In this document: in pieces, positions 58,262 through 64,000 of the stretch
Numbering within the stretch: the stretch's first letter is position 1
Layout: each line of letters begins with the position of its first letter
IMG/VR virus record: IMGVR_UViG_3300018405_000011
Length of the DNA: 64,000 nt
From: a virus
Taxonomy: Duplodnaviria > Caudoviricetes
Direction: 5' to 3' (one strand)
The notes under the pieces: model-generated
Databases searched by the model: none
Told to the model about the DNA's origin: nothing
What the model saw: the letters and a program-made list of their open reading frames with translations, nothing else
Translations under genes and position numbers: made by a program

Positions 58262-59449
58262 ATGACTATTCGTTATCCGGAAAAAACCGCAGCCTTTATT
58301 GAAAGAGCAAGGAAAAAGCACGGTGATAAATATGATTACAGTAAGACGGATTTTATCTCTTGTAGAAAGAAGGTAATTATAACCTGCCACGTTCATGGGG
58401 ACTTCGAACAAGTCCCCATTTACCACCAGTCTAAAAATGGTTGTCCTAAGTGCGCTATAGATAGCATGAAGAAGTCTAAGTTTCACGGCATCGAGCGATT
58501 CATTGAAAAGGCCCGGAAAGTGCACGGTACTAAGTATGACTATTCCAGGTCTAAGTATATTGGTGCTCTTAAAAAGCTCACGGTAACTTGCCCTGAACAC
58601 GGAGACTTCTCCGTACAGGCTTCTAACCACCTAGAGGGACTAGGCTGTGCGAAATGCAGCTACGATGCTCAGCGTGAGCGCTATCGACGAGAGTTCTTTG
58701 AGAAGGCTAAACGCGTGCATGGTAATCGTTATGACTACTCTAAAACGGAGTTCGTTAACCGTAGCACATTAGCAACCATTACTTGCCCTGTCCACGGTAA
58801 TTTCCAGATGCGCCCAGGTAACCACCTAATGGGGCAGGGCTGTCCCAAGTGTGGAATTACTAAAAATACAGAGAGGATGACCGGCAATACAAAAGACTTT
58901 ATCTGTAAAGCCAAGGAAGTCCATGGCCCGTGGTATGATTATGGCAAGGTCAAATACACTAAAGCCCTGGAACCAGTGACTATCACTTGTCCTTTGCATG
59001 GGGACTTCGAGCAAACTGCTAGTCGTCATCTTTCAGGCCATAACTGTCCGAGATGTGAAACTGACCCAGATTCTGGCATTAGACGGTATGTGTATATTCT
59101 AGAATTGGGTAAGATAAATGGTTTGACGGTGTACAAAATCGGTAAAGCCATTGCGCCTAAGGTTCGCCAGCGTACTCTAACCAAAAGGTTGAAACTAGAT
59201 AATGGCGTGGAGGATGTTAAGCAGGTGTGGCTTTATACAACAACCTCGAAGCAAACACAAACGACTGTAGAAAACATGCTACTTGAAAGTATCAATTATC
59301 CTAAGCTTCAGAAACATGAGTTGCCTGATGGCTATTTTGAATCACGGATTACTAACTTAACCAATAGTGAGATATGTGGCTTTGCCGATAAGTTGGTGGA
59401 GAACATCAAGAAAACGATTGCCGGATTTAAAATTGGACAGGCTTCATGA
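58262..59449 (+). CDS. Free-standing homing endonuclease with zinc-ribbon repeats and a GIY-YIG/T5orf172-like domain
   Basis: Four full repeats of HG.KYDYSK...ITCP.HGDF.Q...H..G.GCPKC; C-terminal YVYIL...YKIG. Confidence 0.75.
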   Translation: MTIRYPEKTAAFIERARKKHGDKYDYSKTDFISCRKKVIITCHVHGDFEQVPIYHQSKNGCPKCAIDSMKKSKFHGIERFIEKARKVHGTKYDYSRSKYIGALKKLTVTCPEHGDFSVQASNHLEGLGCAKCSYDAQRERYRREFFEKAKRVHGNRYDYSKTEFVNRSTLATITCPVHGNFQMRPGNHLMGQGCPKCGITKNTERMTGNTKDFICKAKEVHGPWYDYGKVKYTKALEPVTITCPLHGDFEQTASRHLSGHNCPRCETDPDSGIRRYVYILELGKINGLTVYKIGKAIAPKVRQRTLTKRLKLDNGVEDVKQVWLYTTTSKQTQTTVENMLLESINYPKLQKHELPDGYFESRITNLTNSEICGFADKLVENIKKTIAGFKIGQAS

Positions 59450-59670
59450 TGGCATTTCTAAGACCGTTATTTTTAATCCTACACAGGACATACGTTAATC
59501 CATAAAAGACATAGCATGCTTTAGAGTACACACGCTATAATAAAGAGGTAGTTTCATTACTGCCTTTTTAATAAACCTTAGTAAACAATCCTATGGCTAT
59601 AGATAGGACGCATGCACCCTAACTATATTCTCTATTTTTAAACCATTAACGATCGTAAGGTAATATAATC

Positions 59671-60525
59671 ATGGCTAAAAGACAAGTACGTACTAAAACT
59701 GAAACGCCAGTTGCAGATAAGCAAACGGCAGAAACTAAAAACGAAACAGTGGTTGTAAAAGAGACCCCTGTGGTCGAAGGTACAGACGCTGGCACTGAAA
59801 CTGTTACGCCAACAGGTGATAGTGCCGGTACTGATAGCGATACTGACGGTGGTGACACCACGAGTACTGAAGGTACAACTGCTACTACAGAAGGTTCGGA
59901 ATCTACAGGCGACTCAGGTCCCGTAGATACTGATTCTAAAGAAGACCCTGCGGATAACACCCCAGATGTCGTTCCTCCAGTTGACCCTACGCCAGCCGCT
60001 AATCCAGCTCCGGATGCAGCAGCAACACCGGCAGAAACACAAGAAGCTCGTCATGCCCGTATTCGCGCGGAAGCAAAAGAAAAAGCACGTTTAGTCCCGT
60101 GGTCACATGTGGAAGAGTACTTGGATAAAATGCATCCATCTCGACCTAATAATCGCGATACTATTGTGGGCCATCAGTCTCGTCTATCTCAAGCGTTCAT
60201 ATTGCTACTGGCAGAAGAGAGCGATGATACCGTGGCAATCGAGTCTATTAAGAAACTCGTAGCGATTATTCGTGAGCGCCGTAAGCCAGGCTCGGTGTTC
60301 CATGACAGCATGTGCATGCGCTTTGTCAATGATCTAGGTGCGGCTGGCATGACCACGGTTCGTATTACTGAGTTCCAAAACATCCTTTTTGCATTGCTGG
60401 AAATTGCAGATAAAGGAAGTAAGGTAGTACTAGACTGGGAAGTCTTTGCTCAGCGCTGCATTAAAGGACGCGGTGAAATCATCGCTTCTCGTCTACAGCG
60501 TGCATGTAACGTTAAAATCGACTAA
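59671..60525 (+). CDS. Hypothetical protein with a long acidic Thr-rich disordered N-terminus
   Basis: About 120 aa rich in T/E/D/G/P, followed by a helical domain. Confidence 0.7.
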   Translation: MAKRQVRTKTETPVADKQTAETKNETVVVKETPVVEGTDAGTETVTPTGDSAGTDSDTDGGDTTSTEGTTATTEGSESTGDSGPVDTDSKEDPADNTPDVVPPVDPTPAANPAPDAAATPAETQEARHARIRAEAKEKARLVPWSHVEEYLDKMHPSRPNNRDTIVGHQSRLSQAFILLLAEESDDTVAIESIKKLVAIIRERRKPGSVFHDSMCMRFVNDLGAAGMTTVRITEFQNILFALLEIADKGSKVVLDWEVFAQRCIKGRGEIIASRLQRACNVKID

Positions 60526-60589
60526 ACCAGGTTCCTCTCTCCTTATGGGGGAGAGGATACCTTTTTTATACTATTAAGGAGCCTGCTTT

Positions 60590-61000
60590 ATGTTAAAATT
60601 ACTAAAGGCGAAAGTTACCCCTTACATGACCTATATTGTCCTTGCTGTCATTATAGCCATGGCGGTGGCGTTATTCGCGCTTACGAATTTATACAGCGAC
60701 GCTTTAACTGAAAATGGAAAGTTAAATACTCAGCTAGAAGCCAGCAAAGCACAAGTCGTTACCTTGACCGACCAACTCGCCCGTGAAAGGGACAGTCGGG
60801 CATCTATACGTGAATCCGAAGAAGTCTTAGATACTAAATATGAGGGTATCCGAAATGAAGCACAACATATCCCTACTGTGGAAACTACCCCTGGTTTGGA
60901 CACTGACGCTGTTGCTCAGCTCCTGTGCGCTAATGGACTGGCTACAGCCGAAGCCTGCAGTCGTGCCAATAGACCCAGAAACGATTCGTCCAGTCACTAA
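60590..61000 (+). CDS. Inner-membrane spanin (Rz-like)
   Basis: N-terminal TM YIVLAVIIAMAVALFAL followed by a coiled coil. Confidence 0.7.
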   Translation: MLKLLKAKVTPYMTYIVLAVIIAMAVALFALTNLYSDALTENGKLNTQLEASKAQVVTLTDQLARERDSRASIRESEEVLDTKYEGIRNEAQHIPTVETTPGLDTDAVAQLLCANGLATAEACSRANRPRNDSSSH

Positions 61001-61190
61001 ACCTTTAGCAAAGGGATTTACTCCAGACCTATTGTTTGATTGGGCATTAGAAAGTGCAGAAGCCATTGATAAAGCGAATTGCCGGTTGTTTGAAGCCCGT
61101 AAGCTAAACACGAACCTAGCGGGTTTAACCTTCAGTGAGGAAAAGCCTGTCTACTGTTTAAAGCCTACGAATCCAGTGGATTCTAAATAA
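60855..61190 (+). CDS. Outer-membrane spanin lipoprotein (Rz1-like)
   Basis: Lipobox LLSSC; Pro-rich; overlaps the i-spanin 3' end in another frame. Confidence 0.7.
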   Translation: MKHNISLLWKLPLVWTLTLLLSSCALMDWLQPKPAVVPIDPETIRPVTKPLAKGFTPDLLFDWALESAEAIDKANCRLFEARKLNTNLAGLTFSEEKPVYCLKPTNPVDSK

Positions 61191-61215
61191 ACCTTTTTCT
61201 TTTTAGGGAGTCACC

Positions 61216-62547
61216 ATGACTTTATTAACTCGCTTCGTTAAAGGCGAAGCCGACATCGAAGCCCTGTACCGTGAACTCGATATGTTGAGTACGGCTAGGG
61301 ATATGGCGACGTCATTACAAACCGCCGTTCAGGCACTGGATACACCTCAGGCGCAACACGACACGCTACAGCTAGGCTTTACCCTCATTAGTCAGCGCTT
61401 AGGGTTTGAAAGTGCCGACATGATGTTTAACGAGTTTGATGTCGAGCGTCTAGAGATAGGCATGGAGAGTATCCGTGAGCTACCAGGTCGCATCTATCGA
61501 ACGATTGCAGATTTAATCAATGAACTGATTAAAAAGGCAAAAGCCCTATACCGTTTGATTGTAGATAAACTCACAGACAATACGGTTAAGGTTTCTAGCG
61601 GAATGGATAAGCTAGAAGCTCGTATTGCAGAGAACGAAAGCACTATTGCGATGTTCTCATTAGAACCAGGTGCGAAACTCAGTGATGCTGACCGCGAGAA
61701 AATTGAGCAGGCAGGTCGAGAAATCATTCTTGATACGCAAGGACGTATCCTTAATAAAGTCATGATTGAAAGTGACCTAACCCTTCTTATCCCATCGGAA
61801 TACCGAGGTGGTACTGAGATGCTTCGTGCACTAGTAATGGGTAATAAGTGGGGCGATGTTACCGTGGGCATTAAAGGAGCACTAGAGTGGTCTACATTGC
61901 TATTGTCTAAAATAGACCGTACGCCGTATACTGACCTGATTGATGCGTTGATGACTATCTCTAGCGAGAAAGACATTACAGACATTCTAGAGGTAAAACT
62001 GCCAGCGATTGAAGCACTGGATAAAAGCCAAATAGAAAGTCTACCAGTACGTGGTAAAGACTTTAAGTCAGCTCGTCCATTAATCGGGGATATCTATCCT
62101 ACGTTCCTAGTCGAGCGTGCTGGCGGTGTACGTATGAGCACATTGGTGTACTCGTATACTGAACAGCGCTTAACCATGCAGCCGACTCAGAAGCTACCTA
62201 AAGGGCTTCCCGAAATGTCACTGTCTCGCGCTAATGAAGTTAGAGAACTGATTGCCCGCTTAAGTACCGTTCGTACCCAGTACAGTAATGCATTAACCAC
62301 GCATTTAGACCAGCTTGAAAAACTGGGCGCTAATGACCATCGTAAGCTAGCAACGGCAGGTGAGCTCGTATTGCAGTATGAAACACCACGTAATGGAAAT
62401 GAAATTAAGGAAGTTCAAGCACTACAGAAATCCTTACCTAAACTCCATCGCATGGCGACTACCTACTTAGATGCTACTGAGCGTTATTTACGTACATTGA
62501 TTGCGACACTAAACGCTTACCTCGTTCTTATTGCAGGTAAAAGCTAA
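61216..62547 (+). CDS. Probable internal head (inner-body family) virion protein
   Basis: Acidic propeptide with GFE/GME sites matching the S/A/G-X-E head-protease cleavage motif, then a long helix. Confidence 0.55.
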   Translation: MTLLTRFVKGEADIEALYRELDMLSTARDMATSLQTAVQALDTPQAQHDTLQLGFTLISQRLGFESADMMFNEFDVERLEIGMESIRELPGRIYRTIADLINELIKKAKALYRLIVDKLTDNTVKVSSGMDKLEARIAENESTIAMFSLEPGAKLSDADREKIEQAGREIILDTQGRILNKVMIESDLTLLIPSEYRGGTEMLRALVMGNKWGDVTVGIKGALEWSTLLLSKIDRTPYTDLIDALMTISSEKDITDILEVKLPAIEALDKSQIESLPVRGKDFKSARPLIGDIYPTFLVERAGGVRMSTLVYSYTEQRLTMQPTQKLPKGLPEMSLSRANEVRELIARLSTVRTQYSNALTTHLDQLEKLGANDHRKLATAGELVLQYETPRNGNEIKEVQALQKSLPKLHRMATTYLDATERYLRTLIATLNAYLVLIAGKS

Positions 62548-62589
62548 AAGACATATCTCCTATCCCTCAGCGAGGGATAGGAGATAGTA

Positions 62590-64000
62590 TTATGCTGCTT
62601 CTTTTTCTAGCATCTGTTTAATAAAGGTCTTTTCACCGCGTTCTTCTAAGTACACATCAATGACTTGTTTGGCTGTAGGTAAACCTAGTAGAGTATGACC
62701 TAGGTCAATTGCGTTAGCGGGCACACATGTAATGTTAACCGCGCAACGACGTAACTCTATTTCCAGTAATCCTACAATGCCACATATCTCGGCCAATGTC
62801 GTTTCAGGTGACACATTTAGTGCCCACTGTCCAGATGGGTACCCAGAGGTGATATCAATGTCGTATACGTGTGTCGCAATACGACTTAATAGGTCTCCTC
62901 TATGTTCTGGCTTCCATATGTCTGCCCCTATCTCTCTAGTAAGCTCATTGGCTAAGGTAACAATCCAATCCCGCTTACCTAATACCTCTTTGTCAAATTC
63001 ATGAGTCATGTCTGAAGACGTAGACGCAATGACTTTATCTTCAGCATCTAGATAGAAGTGTAGGGCGTTAGCTAACCGCTTAGGGTTAGACTTAAGAGTT
63101 GAGAACTCAGAGCCATCGGCATATAAAGAGATTTTCTTTGATAAATCCCCTGTCTTATCGTCCAGTAGCTCTACCGAGATACAGTCAAACAAGTTATACA
63201 CTAAATAGATGAGTTTATGATAGCGCTGCATCGCCCGGTGCCAACTCACGTTGTGATTACCAGAGGCTTCTTCTGCTTCATACTCCAGTTTTCTAAACCC
63301 TAGCTCTTCTTCTAGAATAGCATCTAGAGAGTAAGAGCGTCGCATCCCTTCTACCACCCGCAACATCTTAAATACGGACATTGCATCAATGACATAGAAC
63401 GAAGCGGGAGCTTCCACGATATGCCATAGGTCGGCATTATGAAAGTTCATCTTCTTGCCAGAAGCTGTAATCTTGTTTGCTTTACCTTCACGAAAGTTAA
63501 ACTTTCGAAACTCCGGTGGGATAGAAGGGTCACAGAAAATGTTAGCTGGGTCTACGCCTTTACGTTCACAAGCAAGCAATATCTTTTTAATATCAAAGCT
63601 CATGTTCCAGAAAACCAAAAAGTCAGGTTTTAGGATATGAGCCGTTTGCATTAAGCGAGCAGCGACTTCAAAGTCATCTTTACAGACGACGACTTTTAAA
63701 CGAATATTCCGTGTCGTCATATCGCGCTCTAGGTAGTGCATAGCCAGCTTGTTGATTTCGGCCTCTATAGTCTCCTTAGTCGCAGCGCCTTTTATAAAGT
63801 CTTCCGTGACTGCAATTACGGCTTTGTCTTTGAATGTAATCGCCCCAGAGATAATCTGCTCGGTCCCGTTTAACATGTCTGTTTCAAAGTCCATTACCGC
63901 AATGGACATATCAGGGTTCCATGTTGCATTCTGTTTAGCAGAGGCTTGGTCAGCCTCGTACTTATACAGAACTGGAGATGTAATGTCGGCTCCGTAAACA
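62590..64000 (-). CDS. DNA polymerase exonuclease/N-terminal subunit (phiKZ gp82-like), truncated by window end
   Basis: MDFETD, FWNMSFD, YNLFDC and DIDITSGYP motifs; the frame stays open to base 64000 (VYGADI...). Confidence 0.85.
   Translation of the reverse strand, partial: VYGADITSPVLYKYEADQASAKQNATWNPDMSIAVMDFETDMLNGTEQIISGAITFKDKAVIAVTEDFIKGAATKETIEAEINKLAMHYLERDMTTRNIRLKVVVCKDDFEVAARLMQTAHILKPDFLVFWNMSFDIKKILLACERKGVDPANIFCDPSIPPEFRKFNFREGKANKITASGKKMNFHNADLWHIVEAPASFYVIDAMSVFKMLRVVEGMRRSYSLDAILEEELGFRKLEYEAEEASGNHNVSWHRAMQRYHKLIYLVYNLFDCISVELLDDKTGDLSKKISLYADGSEFSTLKSNPKRLANALHFYLDAEDKVIASTSSDMTHEFDKEVLGKRDWIVTLANELTREIGADIWKPEHRGDLLSRIATHVYDIDITSGYPSGQWALNVSPETTLAEICGIVGLLEIELRRCAVNITCVPANAIDLGHTLLGLPTAKQVIDVYLEERGEKTFIKQMLEKEAA

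Noticed and set aside
1323-63997. Numerous 60-140 aa antisense or out-of-frame ORFs inside long genes (e.g. 1922-2194, 18942-19355, 36274-36618, 58229-58630, 59646-59960)
   Set aside because: Shadow frames of well-supported genes, with no RBS or motifs.
1-64000. tRNA or rRNA genes
   Set aside because: No cloverleaf with T-loop (GTTCRAATC) and matching acceptor stem was recognised by eye. A tRNAscan run would be needed to exclude them formally.

Overview
A 64-kb segment of a nucleus-forming, phiKZ-like (Chimalliviridae) jumbo phage genome. It carries terminase, PhuZ tubulin, the chimallin shell protein ChmA, both parts of the split family-B DNA polymerase, four non-virion RNAP subunits, one virion RNAP subunit, an SbcD/Mre11 nuclease, an SF2 helicase, a CCA-adding enzyme and a spanin pair. 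Family labels given as phiKZ gp numbers rest on motif recognition plus gene order, not on a database search. Selfish elements are dense: two group I introns with HNH endonucleases split the RNAP catalytic motifs (NAD|FDGD and HGC|KG), there is one free-standing zinc-ribbon-repeat endonuclease, and there are two complete IscB + omegaRNA (OMEGA) RNA-guided nuclease loci with no TnpA in the window. The most notable signals the ORF track does not show are: (1) the two IscB loci, with covarying 247-nt omegaRNA scaffolds and a reconstructable empty site at an ATGA stop/start overlap; (2) a candidate programmed -1 frameshift at T TTT TTC (54124-54130, minus strand) that would extend a 529-aa protein to about 683 aa; (3) a tandem ClpP-like pseudoprotease plus an active ClpP; (4) a C-G 5' splice-site pair in intron 1, with both endonuclease ORFs lying between the 5' splice site and the predicted guide sequence; (5) a protein ending in an SSB-tail-like peptide, and hairpin arrays in long non-coding gaps.
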